This document shows, one piece after another, positions 25,031-39,502 of a DNA stretch of 64,000 nucleotides. This DNA comes from Octopus sinensis (taxonomy: Eukaryota): contig NW_021832275.1 in assembly GCF_006345805.1 (NCBI RefSeq), forward strand, positions 8,556 to 72,555, given 5' to 3'. Both the position numbers and the translations under genes were made by a program. Under the pieces are notes generated by a model. It had not been told where the DNA came from and searched no databases. It saw only the letters and a program-made list of their open reading frames with translations. Within the stretch, counting starts at the first letter, position 1, and every line of letters begins with the position of its first letter.

Positions 25031-28000
25031 CTAGCTGAAATACCCAGCGTTGCCCGAGTTAATGACTCAGAGAATTAACAGTAACATCGCAAACCTCTTT
25101 TTTATTCTTCTTTTAAGAATATAGTTTGATATCCATATTTCAAGCATATGCAAGTTCAATTCTGAAAAAATTTGTACACAAATTCAAATCTTTTGAATCG
25201 TTTTTCTATTTCAGTTTAAACTTACCCCTATCCTAACTCAAAACTGTAATCCTAGATGCTAACACAAAACCCTAACGTTAAATGCTAACCCTCAGCTCTT
25301 ACCTTAAAACTTTACTCAAGATTCTAATCCTAATTTTATCCCTAAAATCTAAACTACAATACTAACCCTAATATTAAATCCTAAACCCAAGCCTCAACAC
25401 CAGCCTTAATGTTTGTGTGGAATCATAATGTATGTTTGAAACATATACTTCTAAAGAAAAATCTGGAACATTAAAATAGTTACCATACGTAACTTTAGAA
25501 TTATGCAGGACAAAAAAGTGATAAGTATTGCAATTTTGAAAAACTTTTCGTTTGCAGGATTGTAATATCTAGTATTTAAAACATAGAGAGTGGAGAAGTG
25601 CGCATGTATGCACACACACACACAAGGGTTACCTGGTGTTACTCTGGAGCCAACTGCCATATGATACTGTTTTGCCATGCTAAATGCATTTTTGCATTTC
25701 ATTTTTAAGATCCCTATTTTTGGCCCATGTCCTTTCATCTCTTAATTTCATCACTATTTATTCTAAATCTAGAACTTCCTTATATTACATGTTTTTCCAT
25801 AAGGAGCATATGTAAAAAGATTGTGTGGACTTCCAACTCTTGCTATATACTGTTTACCCATGAGAAAAACAATTTTCTTCAAGTTGTAGCCTAGCAACAA
25901 ATAACATTTGTCCCTGTGATTTATTTATAGACATAACAAAGCTGAGTTTCACTGAAAAGTGTAGCCTTTTGAGTACAAAAAATATTTCTGTGTCAGATGG
26001 AATCAAAGGTATTCTCGATATAAGTGCCTCTTCTCCCATAAAACACCCAGTCAAAATAGTAGCCTGAATAATATGAGGTATTAATTTTTTAACTACCAGT
26101 CTAGTGCAATTACACAACCAAAGCTGATCAAGGTTCCATAGTAGCATGATGATGGCTCCTACCTTTAAGAGAAATCTGTGTGGTGGAAACCCAGAAGGTT
26201 CCAAAGAATTTAAGAATTTAACAGGATAATTGACAGCCTCTTCAGGATCTGGAACTGAAGTTTATGTATTTCCTGAAATGGTGTTGACCGTGATATTTTT
26301 TAGCGCAAGTATTGCTCTTTCATGGTGGTCTTGAAAGTTTGGAAAAACACTTACTATTAGTTCATTGAGAAATGAAATTGATATACTAATTAGAGATATA
26401 CCTAAACAATTATTTTCATCTAGAGGTACTCTACCTTCTCCATGTTCCCATAAATTTTGAGCAAATTCTCAGACTATACATTGCCCGAAAGAATGGCTCT
26501 CATGTTCTAAGTTAGGCTCATTTTTTTTTACGTATCTCCACAAATAGGACTTCAAGCTCACTGTTAACTCATCTGCCTTAGTGTCCTTTGGAATTACAGG
26601 CAAAGTCTGACAAAATCTCCTGAGAGTACAGTGGTAACCCCACCCGTTAATAAACTAGAATTTCTTAAATTTTGCAAGTTTCGATTTAGAGCTTCCAAAG
26701 TCTTTTTGTTGGCCATCATACATTCATCCCAAATAATGGGATGACAATTCTTTAGCATTTGTCCCATCCAAGATGTTTTGCTAATATTACGAACTATTGT
26801 CTCAATGCTAGCTATATTCAAAGGCAATTTGAAAGTAGAGTGAGCTATTCTTCCCGGGAGTAAAGTAGCAGCAATGCCTGAAGAAGCAACAGCCAAAGCT
26901 ATTTTTTTCTCTTGTCGCATTTTGGCAAGTAAAAGCTTGGTGACAAATGTTTTGCTAGTTCCTGTGGGAGCATCAAGAAAAAAAAAACCCTCCCATTTGA
27001 TCAAAAACCTTTTCTAGTATTATATTGTAGAATACTTTTTGTTCAAGCAACAATTTTGGTTCATTTTCACTAACATATCTCTTGAGAGGTTTTCCATGTT
27101 GTAAGAAGTTTCATTTAAGAGATATGTTGTTGAACCATCAAGTTCAGAACAATTGGTATGGGGAAGTCCATACTCATGCATTCATTCCCTTTCATAGAAA
27201 CAACTTTGTCTTCAATGGCAATTAATGTGACATTGAAGATTTCATTGCTCATCATCATCATCATCGTTTAATGCCTACTTTTCATGCTGGCATGGATTGG
27301 ATGGTTTGACTGAGGACTGGTAAGCCAGAGGCTGCACCAGGTTCAATCGGATCTGTATTCTATTTTTGTGCCAGGACATTGTAATTAAATCTGGTACTTG
27401 TAATCTTCCACAAGATAATTTCTGTATCTTAGCCATATTGATCCTGGTTCCCCTACATCACAGTATTTAAGGAGAATGGCAAGCAGTGTTCTTAAATTGC
27501 CTCCTGTGCAAGACACAGAAGCCTCTGACATAGTTGCCATCCAATGACTATCATTCTGTAACAAACCTAACTTAAAAGCTGCTTCTCTATTCAAAGCACA
27601 AACATAATCATCAACAGTTTGAAGGTCGATAAAACATGTGGGACCACAAATTTCATGGAGAAGCAATCATAAGTAAAAATATTCCTGCTGAGTTAGATGC
27701 ACAGTATAAACTCTTCCAAGAACATTGTCAAATTGGATATCAGGATAATCATCAATCTCAGTGCCTCTTTTTCTGCGATTCCATTGCTGGTTGTTCCATG
27801 TATAATATGACGGTAATTGATAGTAAAACAGGTTTTTAGCAAAAGAGTTTTTCTGGCAAAGTTTGAAAAATGTTGTTAATGTAGTCTCTCTTGGAGTTAG
27901 GGATTGCTGAGCTGCAGTTTCTGTAGTGAAATATATTCTTTGCCCACTCTCTAAATGAACTAAGAGTTGTTTCACTGGAGGATATTGTTCATGAATAGAT

Positions 28001-31000
28001 AAGCCAAATATTCTCCAAAAAGCCCGATTGCTGCAAATATACCACCCCATTTGGAAGTGTGTCACTTCATCTTGAAATGTCTGTTGTTGAAGGGTGAACA
28101 TTGCAGCATCATAACCCTTATTGACATATTTACAAATGTACTTAATTGACTTTATAGAATTACAATATTCAACATATATGTGAGTATTGAATGTCTTAGA
28201 CAAAAGAGGGCAGTAAGGCACTATCCATTGATTACCAATTGTATGGTGACCAGTTTTTATTTCAAAATCTCCATCTTGTGGTGCCCTTCTTTCTGTATGA
28301 TGGATATCCGTCATTACCCATTTGCATTTCTTTAATGAAATTTTTAGGATAATGTTTCAATACACTTCTTGTCTTTCATGCAAGGTGCAGTTGGTTGAGG
28401 TCACCACATGGTCCATGAACCATGTTTGATGTTACAATTTCATAAAGTTCTTTGTCTTTTGTGGAGTTTGGAATTTCTGCTGAGATTATGGAATCAATCT
28501 CATCAGTTTGAATTTTCTGCAAAAGACAGATTAATATATGTGTGTGAGGTAGGCCTCTTTTTTGTCATTCAGTGGTATATATGTAGCAACATACTGGTCA
28601 AAATATTTAAAACTTAGTTATGAAGTCCATCAATTTTGAAATGTTGAGATGAAAAACTCTTGCAATTAGGCCGTGTCTGTTGATGTATAACTGTCTTGGA
28701 AAAAGTTCAGTTTGGATTTCGTTTCATTTGGGATTGCAAGTAAAAATGATGAAAAGATTAGGACGTCCATAATTACGCACATAAGTCATAGCATCCTGTG
28801 TCCTCTCATTCATATATCTTGGGCTTCCTGTAAAATTGGATGGGAGAATACAAAATTGTCCAAGCCCTGTCCCAGCAATATCATTGTTAATGCCATCTTG
28901 TAAATGCACATATGATTCTGAATGTAGTTCTTTTTGGTACCTTTTTATGTAGCACAACCTCTCCGACTCTATTTTGGCATACATATCAACAACATACTGG
29001 TGAAAAAGATCTTGGCAATAGTGAAGATGATTAAACAAATTGCTTCAAATCATCAATCGATGAACATGATAATTCATACAGGATACAGTTCCTTTGGAAA
29101 TGATTCCTCCAACTTGTCGTATACCAAAGTGGTATCCATCTTCTCCGATAGCAAAAAGCAAGGGATATTGTAAAGCATCATATGAACGATGAGTTTCATT
29201 TATGAACGTGATGCTATTGTCACGATATTTCAAAACAGTATCTCATTTACCATAGTGTTCTCCAACCATGATAATGGCCACTTCATTACACTCAGGAACA
29301 TTGAATCAATGGACATGTTCTCCAGCTGGTTTTTTGTTGGTATTGATGACAACTTGAAGGTCCACAGTTGAAATATATTCTAAAGCATACTGAAAGCTTC
29401 TCACATAAGAATTCTTTTCATGAAGCATTTCTTGCAGCTAAAAATAAGTTATAATCTTTTACCTGGACAATTCTTGTTACAACACTGTGCTTCTTTTGAA
29501 CGTCACCTATAAAATATATTTGTAAAAATTGTGGATCATTATTCTGTAAAGGCTTAAGAGAACCAATTCTATGGTAAATTTGTCATTGCACTTTAAAAGT
29601 CGGTATAAACCCACTTTCCCTAATAATTTTTGTTCCAAATGGTGTCATATGAAAAGCACAATTGTATGCTCACATATTTTTAAGAAAGTGTTTTGATTCT
29701 GAAGTGGTACCCAAAAGTGGATATGTTGTAAGTTCTGGGGGCTCAATTATTTGTAAATGGACTTTACCTTTAGAACAACACATACTTAAGGATTCCTTGT
29801 CCCACTTCATAACACCCCACTTTTCACATGTTTTGCACATAGAGCCCAGGGAGACAATTTTTTCAGATGCATAATTACAATTAGGATCATAATTAAATGC
29901 TACACCTTGCCATTGAAATTGTCTATACATTTTCTGCTGATTTTCTCTGGAAAGTTTTCTCTTTTTTAGTTGTATTTTTCAGTCACTTTCACTTTTTTGT
30001 TTTCTATTTATTCTACCTTTTTTTCCTTTTTTGCAATTGTATTTCTTTGTTTTTTTGTTTTTTTTCTTGTACTTTTTTATTTCTATAATTTTCTGTCTTT
30101 CTCTGCAATCTTATTTCCCTATCTTTATCATCTTGTTCTCTTGTCCTCCTCTCATATTCCCTCATTTTTTGCAACCTAACTTTCTAATGGTTTTTACTTT
30201 ATTCCACAATTTTCGTATTAAGTGTTTGAATTCTTATTCTTTTGTCTTTTTTACTGTCTTGTGATACTTCATTTCCTTCTACATTTCTTTCATGCTCATG
30301 GTTGTTTATGGGAAAGAGAGCCTCATAGTGGCAGTTGTCAATTTTGCTTCTATATAACACTGAAATCTTTCTTTCTGTAACTGTTCAACTGCAAATGGTG
30401 AACAGAGGAAGAATAATTTCATCGTCATTTTTGTGATGAACCTGAATTTCAACATTGTACAATTCATTAATGGCAGCTAATTCAACATTACCAATGTATG
30501 TTTCGTCCCTACTCATGTATACTTGGTATTCCTGCATTGTACTATTAAGAATAAAAGAATGAAAATACTTCCAATTATTGCATATGTATTGTATGGACTC
30601 TTCCTGGAGAGTTCGGTAATTTCTGTTATTTTTGAACAAGAGTGACACAGTTTTGAACATACAGTTACCATCACCCATGACTTTATTAAAGGAGTGAATT
30701 AATAAATTAATGTAATTGTTGAATATTTTTCATTAAATTCAGTAAGGGACTTCATCTTCAGCTTAAACTTTAGATGGTTTTGTGAACAGCATGTGATAGA
30801 AAATTAGAACTCCAAAAGGGATGAGATACTAAATGATAGCAATTTCTCCTTTAGAAATCTGTCTTTCTATCTTTGCGATAGATGAATGAGTGATTATAAT
30901 TTTTTTATAAACTATAAAAACAAAATTAATAAGGTACTTCACCTTCATTGTGAACTTGAAATATCGTCTTCATGAAAAGAAAAGTGAATTGACTGTAAGT

Positions 31001-31112
31001 ATTTAGCAGACAATAACTTCTTTATCGTCTGTTCATAAATGGAGAAAAAGGAATACTTTGGGTTATTTCCAGATAATTTCAGTTTAAACATTGTCAAATA
31101 CTTGTCTATAGA
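25031..31112 (-). mobile_element. Degenerate Helitron (OTU protease, Rep, PIF1 helicase)
   Basis: GDGNCMF (30385-30678), [62 protein letters not shown]; 3' CTAG|T with degenerate hairpin at 25031; 5' A|TC at 31112 is tentative. Confidence 0.85.
27250..27355 (-). mobile_element. RTE 3'-tail fragment nested in the Helitron
   Basis: (CAT)n-CGTTTAATG...CATGCTGGCATGG tail. Confidence 0.6.
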
Positions 31113-31204
31113 TTTGTGAGTGTGTATATGTGTGTGTGTAGAGAGAAAGAGACGTGAGTGAGAGAGAAAGAGACTGAAAGCACATGCATGTGCAACTCTG
31201 AATG

Positions 31205-32445
31205 ACAACTGTATTAATGTTACTATCCCACTGCCACTATAAAGTTCTAGTAAGTAGGAAGGCAAACACATCACACACCCACTCAGGTAGGTGGCCCTGC
31301 TCGATCTGTAGAAAAGGTGTAGGTAGAAACTCCATAAAATGTACCCAGTGTCAGCTATGGACACATAAGACGTGCAGCAACATCAGAGGAAGATTAACCG
31401 AGAAGATAGCTTTCACATGTGGCAGATGCAGAGGAACAATAAACACCACAGATGCCCAGAAAACAGATTCCATCACAATCCAGGGGGAGAAACTAGAAGT
31501 AGTTGACAGCTTCTGCTACCTAGGCAACCAAGTTAGTAGTGGGTGGGGGGGGGGATGCTCAGAGAGTGTTACCACTAGAATAAGAATAGCCTGGGCAAAG
31601 TTTAGAAAGCTTCTACCCCTACTGGTGACAAAAGGCCTCTCACTTAGAGTGAAAGGTAGATCGTACAATACATGCGTGCGAACTGCCATGCTTCACAGCA
31701 GTGAAACGTGGGCCGTGACTGCGAAGGACATATGTAGGCTGAAAAGAAATGAAGCTAGCATAATCCACTGGATGTGTAATGTCAGTGTGCACACACGACA
31801 GAGTGTAAGGACCCTGAGAGAAATGTTGGACATAAGAATCATCAGATGTGGCGTGCAAGAGAGACGTTTGCACTGGTATGGTCATGTACTACGGATGGAT
31901 GAGGAGAGCTGTGTGAAGAAGTGCCACTCCCAAACAGTTGAAGGAATCTGGGGTAGAGGTAGACCCATGAAGACATGGGATAAGGTGGTCAAGCATGACC
32001 TTCAAACGTTGGGTCTCACAGAGGCAATGATGAAAGACCGAGACCTCTGGAGATATGCTGTGACTGTGAAGACCTAGCAAATAAAGTGAGTTCATGGCTG
32101 TATCCTACACCAGTTCCACATAACCAGCCCCAACCCATTCAAAAGTACCTTGGATCATAGAGCGACCTGCTGTGCTTGAGACCTCAACATCAAAATGAAA
32201 ATCAAATGAAAATTGTAGTTGTGATACCCGTGCCAGTGACACGTAAAAAGCACCCACCTATCATGGCCATTGCCAGCCTCCTCTGGCCCTTGTGCTGGTA
32301 GCATGTAAAAAGCACCCACTACACTCTTGGAGTAGTTGGCATTAGGAAAGGCATCCAGCTGTAGAAACACTGCCAGATCAGACTGGAGCCTGGTGCAGCC
32401 TCCTAGCTTCCCAGACCCCAATTGAACCATCCAACCCATGCTAGC
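31205..32445 (+). mobile_element. RTE LINE 3' fragment
   Basis: ORF 31202-32077 homologous to the RTE at 15194-16600; tail AACCCATGCTAGC. Confidence 0.85.
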
Positions 32446-32623
32446 AATGATGTTATATATACAGGGAAAGAGAGAGAAACAGAATGTATGTGAGTATGTA
32501 GAGAGACCGAGAGTTATCTGAATCACAATCTGGTATTTGGACTCTATAAATTATTGTGTTATCCCTATAAATTCACCAATACATAAAACTGACTGGTAAA
32601 TAATATCTAGCAACACGTGAATG

Positions 32624-32669
<46 letters not shown>

Positions 32670-32670
<1 letters not shown>

Positions 32671-32875
32671 TTGTGTGTTGTGTTTGTCCCCCCAACATCG
32701 CTTGACAACCGATGCTGGTGTGTTTATCTCCCCGTAACTTAGCGGTTTGGCAAAAGAGACCGATAGAATAAGTACTAGGCTTACAAAGAATAAGTCCTGG
32801 GGGTCGATTTCATCGACTAAAAGCGGTGCTCCAGCATGGCCACAATCAAATGACTGAAACAAGTAAAAGAGTATA
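32670..32875 (+). mobile_element. SINE 3' part (same family as 16851-17258)
   Basis: GACTGAAACAAGTAAAAGAGTA tail. Confidence 0.75.
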
Positions 32876-33470
32876 TTTATATTTATTGCATATATTTTAC
32901 TTTTTGGTACATATATATATAATTCTTATTTACATTTGCAAATCACATATCGTACATTTTTTTTTATGAATGAGCTACTCCACGTCGATCACCAGAGTGA
33001 TATTTTATCACTTTATAGAGTGTTTGAGTGTCGGTTTGGTGTCTGGAATGGAATAGCTTACCTCATGGGCAGGTAGAAGCTCTTTAACCTTGGTTGGTTA
33101 TCTACTTAGAAGAAGGAAATCTCTAAACTCTCCCCATCTTGTTTATAACTGGACAATTTTATATGACATTACTATAACACCATGAACACTTCAAAATTAT
33201 ATTTTTGATTATATAAACCTCTTTGAATAATATTTTAGCAAACTTAAAATGATTTTTTTCGTACTGTAAACCATTTACAATATCTGTGGTGGCCCCTTTC
33301 CCTTGATGCCCTAAGTACATGCTTATTTTTCGTAATGATTAATCCAAACAAACCAGATATGCAGCAAGGAATCCAGAGAGAGTGCCACTGAGTTGATAAT
33401 GTATTTACACCTTTTACCATAAGTGGGAATTTTTTTCTCTATGTTAAACCATAGTGAAATTGCCTTTAGT

Positions 33471-33512
<42 letters not shown>

Positions 33513-33639
33513 TATAAAATGAGGAAGTTTTGGTGAAGCGTTTTGTGATTTGTTGTGTAAGGCAGGAACAATGTGAGAAGGTATGAAGTAAACTGCAAAA
33601 GGAAAAGGAAACAAAACCAAGTTGCAGATTTACCTTGTA

Positions 33640-34210
33640 TTTTCTATATTTGGGAGTAAAGACTCCTTCTTTAGGACATTTGGAAAAGTGGTAGTTAGAA
33701 AAGGTCATTGCTCAGATAGGGTAGGGTTGGGAGAAGGTGGGGTGTCATGTAGTTTCTTCCTGTTGTTAATGGCTGGTCTCAGTTTGCTGATAAGGAGGGC
33801 CTCCATGATTCTGAGACTGCCTAGTAACATTGGGTTGCCTGGATGGAAACTTTAAAATCTGAGTTTGGCACTTCTTTTGGTGTTTCTTTATTGATGTGTC
33901 CATGTGTTCTTTTATATGGGTGTGCAATTTCCTGGTTGTGCTCCCTGTGTAGGATGCCTCACATTTGCTACAGACTATTTCATATACTACATAGATTCTC
34001 AAGCATGTTTTATGGGGCAGTTGGTTAGTTTGCATCCCACAATATACTATCTGTAGTATTTTTCTTCAACATCTGTGTGTTGAGTCCCTCCCTGTGGATC
34101 GCATGTTGAATTGCTGCAGTTGTTCTGTCTTCAAAGTTGGGCAATTTGAAGAAGCACTTTTCTGAGTTGGGGTTATGGAGCTGCTTATGTGGCTTACCCA
34201 CTTTCATGTT
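33640..34210 (-). mobile_element. Penelope-like GIY-YIG remnant
   Basis: VVYEIVCSKCEASYTGSTTRKLHTHIKEH (ORF 33766-34035). Confidence 0.7.
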
Positions 34211-34599
34211 TTGTGGATGCAGTCATTTAGCTACAGATGGTTTGATTCCCTGAGTGGTTGGTACATTGTGTTCTTGAGCAATACACTTCATTTCACATTG
34301 CTCCAATCCCTACTTTCAATCAAGTGGGAGGATGTTGGTCCGCTCACCTAGCCAGCAGGGTGGCATCATTTGAAGGCTAAAATAATGCAAGTGCACATTG
34401 GACCAGCAATGTGTAATAAGATCTGGTAGCCTGGTCAATCATGTGATCACGTGACATATGCAATTACATTGTGGAAAAGCTATATAATAACACAAAGCTG
34501 CACTTCAAATTTATTTCATGAAGTGTCAAATTTTCATCACACACTGTGACCTGATTACTGACACAGTTCCAGTTGGTGTGGAATACATATATAAACATA

Positions 34600-35560
34600 C
34601 TGACATATGAATATGTTGTCTCAAAAGTAATGGACATAGGTCATTCAAATTGTACAAGCTGGTGGAGTAAGTTTACCTCCAAAAGTGCTACATGACAGTC
34701 TCCATCATAAGTGATGCACTTGTACCATTGTCTAACCCATCTTGTGAGTGCTCTTTGAAAAAATTTCAGGTTTGCATTGTTTACTCACTTCTTCACAACC
34801 ACTTTCAACTCCTCTGTGTTGGTGGAAATCAGAGGTCACCAGATCCATGCTGTAGGGTGGATGGGTCCCACTGGTTGGCTCAATTTGTTGATTGCTTGAT
34901 TTATTGCCTAAGTTGTATGTGGTCATACATTGTTATGGTGAATATGAATTGTTTTCAGGCTCTTGTTCAGTCTTTTCCTCCTAATAGCTTCTCTAAACTT
35001 TCCAAGTGTCTCAATGAACTACTCACTATTCACAGTACAACCACATTCCAGAAATCAAAGGAAAATGATGCTCTTGTCATCCCTAAAAACAGTCATCATG
35101 ACCTTCTGTATGAATTGCTGGCTCTTGAATTTCTTGAGCTGTGAAGAAGAGGTGTGGCACCATTCCATAGAGTGAGCCTTCATTTCTGGACTATAGAAAT
35201 ATGCCCTCATTTTATTTCCTGTCACCAGGTCAGACCAAAATGTATCTTCATTGGCTTGAAACACCTCCAGCAGATCAGAACATACTTCCTCCTTTTTGTC
35301 CTTCAAATTGAGATACCTTCTTTATGCACACTTTCAACTATCCAGAGTCTTCAGCCATCTTTTGTAATGCATTGCAACCAGAGTCCATTTGTGCAGCAAG
35401 CTCACAGTTTGCAACTTGTCTGTCTGTGCAAATCAGTTCAACCACTTGCTGGCAATTTATGTCATTGGTAGCAGTGCTAGTTCTCCTTTCTTTAAACATC
35501 ATCCATCGATGCACATTGTCCTTGTCAATGGTATCATCCCTGTAGACAACCGTCTTATAT
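34600..35560 (-). mobile_element. Degenerate mariner transposase remnant
   Basis: LVTGNK..YFYSPE..HSMEW, KVMMTVF, HPPYSMDLVTSDF (YSPDL-like). Confidence 0.7.
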
Positions 35561-35837
35561 TTGTGGTTTTAGAAATTAGAGTGTCACTTTCTAAGACTTG
35601 GATCAAAGGTGTGCTCATACATTGTGCGTCTTTCAGACATTATTTTTACACTTGTATTAGGAGGAAACAAAAAGCAAATAAAAGCATGGTTAGGGTATGA
35701 ATAATTAGTAGAGATCACATGAGAAGGATGAAGGGGAAGAAGAAGACAAAGAAGTGTATGTGTGTTTATGTATATATACATATGTGCATGTGTGTGTGTG
35801 TGTATTTTATATATATGCATATAAATACATGTTTGTG

Positions 35838-35877
<40 letters not shown>

Positions 35878-35879
35878 AT

Positions 35880-36200
35880 CATCATCATCATCGTTTAATG
35901 TCCATCTTCCATGCATGCATGAGTAGGATGGTTCACAGGAGCTAACCAGGTCCAAAAAGTACCCTATGCTGCTGTGTCTGTTTTGGCAGAGTTTTTTTAT
36001 GGCTGGATGCCCTTCCTAACACCAACCACTCTGCAGAGTAGACTCAGTGCTTTTTATGTCGCACTAGCACAGGCGAGGTTAGTTTTGGCATGATTTTTAC
36101 AGCTGGATGCTCTTCCAAATGCCCACCACTTTATAGAGTGGACTAGGTGCTTTTTACATAGTACCAGCACTGGAAGGGTCACTAAGTGACTCGCATGACA
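35880..36200 (-). mobile_element. RTE-type 3' tail fragment
   Basis: (ATC)n-GTTTAATG and two copies of GCTGGATGC..TTCC.AA..CC.ACCACT. Confidence 0.6.
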
Positions 36201-36253
36201 AGGAATTATGAGAGGGGCATACACACACATGTATATATATATATATAGATATA

Positions 36254-36285
36254 CTAGCAGAGATACCCGGCATTGCCCATGTTAC
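36254..36285 (-). other. Helitron-type 3' terminus (hairpin plus CTAG)
   Basis: minus strand GGGCAATGCCGGGTATCTCTGCTAG|T, like 25031. Confidence 0.5.
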
Positions 36286-37294
36286 ATGCAATTGAAGAAT
36301 TAGTCTTTTTTGTTATATTTTCTGTAATGAACTGGAATATCTGTTTCGAATTTCATCAAAATTGCAGATGAGGGTTATTTCCCTCGTTACACACCCTAAA
36401 AAAATTGTAATTGTGCCAGATGTATCCCATACTACTGATTTTTATGCGCATATTCCAAAATTCCAGTCTTATTGAACCTGTTAAAAGGATTTTGCTCCTG
36501 AAAAAGGAATGTCATGGAGCTCTAAAATGTGAGAGTGAAGGGCCCTGTTGGGGGTGGGTGTCTTATTATCAAGCAGAGAAGTTGAATTGTTGAGAATCTT
36601 TTTAACTTGGGTCTTATATCTATTGTTTGAATTTCTTTGAAATAGGAAATATATGTTTACTGGGTTTGTAAAAGATAGCAAAGCTACAGGAAACCAAAAG
36701 ACGAATGATCACAATAAGCAGTCAGTTACCCTACCCTATTCATTACCACTCCCAATGTAGGATTCTTCACCATCCAGGTGACAGGCACAGCCGTAAGATG
36801 CAATCCAAATCTATAGCAATTGGAAGGACGTGACTCAACTGAAATAAACATCAACAACTGTGTGACATGAAGGCTAAGGAGAAATGAAAGTGTCACCTCT
36901 GGAGTTTGCAAATGACCACTATACTGATATGTAACTGGACAGAATACATTTACAATCTATAAATGTCTTTGAATAACCAGTTACTCATCTGGGAAGGCCT
37001 TGAAATCAATGTTACCATCTGGGGACTATGTGTGACCCAGTGATGATAAAAAGACTGAAAGGAGGTCTGCAATCAAATAACTTTACTCAGCACTTTGCAA
37101 CTAAATCAGTGGAGGCAAAGATGCCTCTCATTTACTTGACAATTTATGCACCACATTGCAGAAATCACAATGTAAGTGTATGTCAAAGCAAACTGTTACA
37201 CAGTTGTACCATTGAATTACAAATAATGCTCATATTTTATGTTCTGGTAACCCTATAGCTTCTAAGAGTACAACTGTCTTTGCTTAGATAAAAT

Positions 37295-37830
37295 GACAAA
37301 ATTGATACAACTGAGTGGGCAAACTAAAATATAAGACACAGCTTAGTGCTATTTTTATGTTGATAAGCCTGGTACTTATTCTATTAATTTGTTCTTGTGA
37401 AACCAGTAAGTTCTGAGGATATAAATAAATGAACACCAGGTGTGAAGCAGTGATGAGAGAGAAACACAGAGACAAAGATACACACATACACTTACATATA
37501 TACATATATATATGATTGATTTGCTTCAGTTCCTGTCTACGAAATTCATATATATATATATATACACACACACAAAGATAAATTGATAAATACAACTGAG
37601 TGGGCGAACTAAAAATATTAGACACTATCTAGTGCTTTTTTTTTATTTTGATAGTCCTGTTACTTATTCTATCAGTTTCTTCTTGTGAAATCAGTAAGTT
37701 ATGGGGATGTAAATAAACGAATACCAGTTGTGAAGCAGTGATGAGGGAGAAACACAAACACATACACATAGACTTACATATATACATACATATATATACA
37801 ATTGATTTTTTTCAGTTTGTGTCTACAAAA
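37295..37830. repeat. Diverged ~290-bp tandem duplication of a SINE-like block
   Basis: ATACAACTGAGTGGGC...TGTGAAGCAGTGATGAG occurs twice. Confidence 0.65.
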
Positions 37831-37874
37831 TCCACTGACCTGTGTGATGGGAATAAGCATATATATGATGGGAA

Positions 37875-38886
37875 TAAGCATATATGGTTTGTAATTCCCT
37901 TTGGTAAGCAGATTAGAACTAACCTCCCCCTCATGTTTAGACAAGCCATCGCCAATAACTTCCCCAGAAATTCCAAATATTACTCCACGGTTAACTCGCA
38001 TAAAGTTAGGATAGCTTTCTCCAACACTAAAAACCTCGCCCAGATAATCGCCTCCCATAATAATAGGCTGCTTACTAAGACCCTATCACCTTTTTCCGGA
38101 GGCACAGCCTCTTCCGCTCCCGGTTTAATGCTCAGTAGGAATAATTATAGTAGTAATAATGATATGAGAGCCAGTACAGTGACTCATAGTCTCAGCTCCA
38201 GCCAGGGATTACACACTAGGGGTATAGTTATAAATAGGGGTGTTGTAGTTGACGGTAACAATGGGAGTAGGGTAGAGAGTCCCAATAGCAACCCCAGCAT
38301 CATTTCCTGCAATAGCAGCACCACGGGCACTAGCAATGACAGCACTCTGATAGATAGTCGAGAATCAGGGGTTATTCCGTTAGTTAATAGTGACGTAGTG
38401 GAAAATAAAGTAGTAAGCGGCTGCAGTTCTCGTAACAAATATAGTGACGGTAACGCAGTTCTAATTTCAGAAACTAATCCTAGCAGAATAAGATTCACGT
38501 CGGCGAACTCCAAGATCAGAAACGCCGTCTACCAATGCAAGGTTTACACAGACTCAGATGTCTACGCTTATGTAGGGGCCTCATCGTCAAGATTGGCTTT
38601 GCGAATCTCCAATCATTACGCAACTTTTCGGGACATGAATAAACGCCAGACCACGGGACTCAGCAAGCTAATATGGCAATTGAAGGATACGAACTCAAGC
38701 TACAGGCTGGAATGGTCAATTTTGTCGGTGGCCCTCCCATTTGATAGGGGCAGAAGGAAGTGCAACCTTTGTGTCTCCGAACTCTTCCATATTTTGTTCG
38801 CCAGAGACCGGATGGTAAACGGACTTTTACAGTCGGCTTTTCGATGCCCCCATTGGCGGCGTTACACTTATCTGGCTTATAAATAA
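37875..38886 (+). CDS. Partial PLE polyprotein C-terminus with GIY-YIG endonuclease (open frame)
   Basis: ORF 37738-38886, no internal stops. Confidence 0.7.
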
Positions 38887-39502
38887 CGCTTATAAATAAT
38901 ACCTGTACCCATAGCCCTTGGTAATAAATTCTGAAATAGCCTTTAAGATAATTACGATTAACCACTGCAAGGGGAATTACTCCTGTAAGATAAACGGGGC
39001 TTTGTTTTTGACGACGGGGGGTTTCTTTGACAAGGCATGATTAGACGAACACACGCACACATAAAACATAAAATATTTTTCTGCCACCCAACGGTTCTTA
39101 CTGCAGTAGCCATTGTGTAGAGCTGCTTAACAACTGACAGCCGAGCGATCAAACGCACACACGTACACAAAAAATGTTTTCTACCCCTTGACGGAGTTCT
39201 TGCCAACCTGCGCCAGCACACATATATAGAACAGTAAACACACACATGTCTCTAAGTAGATTTTTTCTCGCCCCTTATAATACATCCAATATTCCTTAAA
39301 TAGTCAGAACTTTATTCTCAGTCACAAAGAACATCTACACACCCTCACCCACAGGAATGACTGCTGCCTGACCCGTTAAAATCTTCAACCACCGGTTCTC
39401 AACATACACTGATAAACAGTTTTGCCATGGGCTCTTAGGAGCCTAGTTCGATTTGTTTTGCTCTGCCTCTGTTCTGTTTTTGTTTTTTCCAACGTATTTC
39501 CT

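Noticed and set aside
36700-37260. Possible upstream MEGF8 exon or L1-type RT remnant
   Set aside because: No Cys-rich EGF/laminin pattern, and only a weak KGGL-like motif; not supportable.
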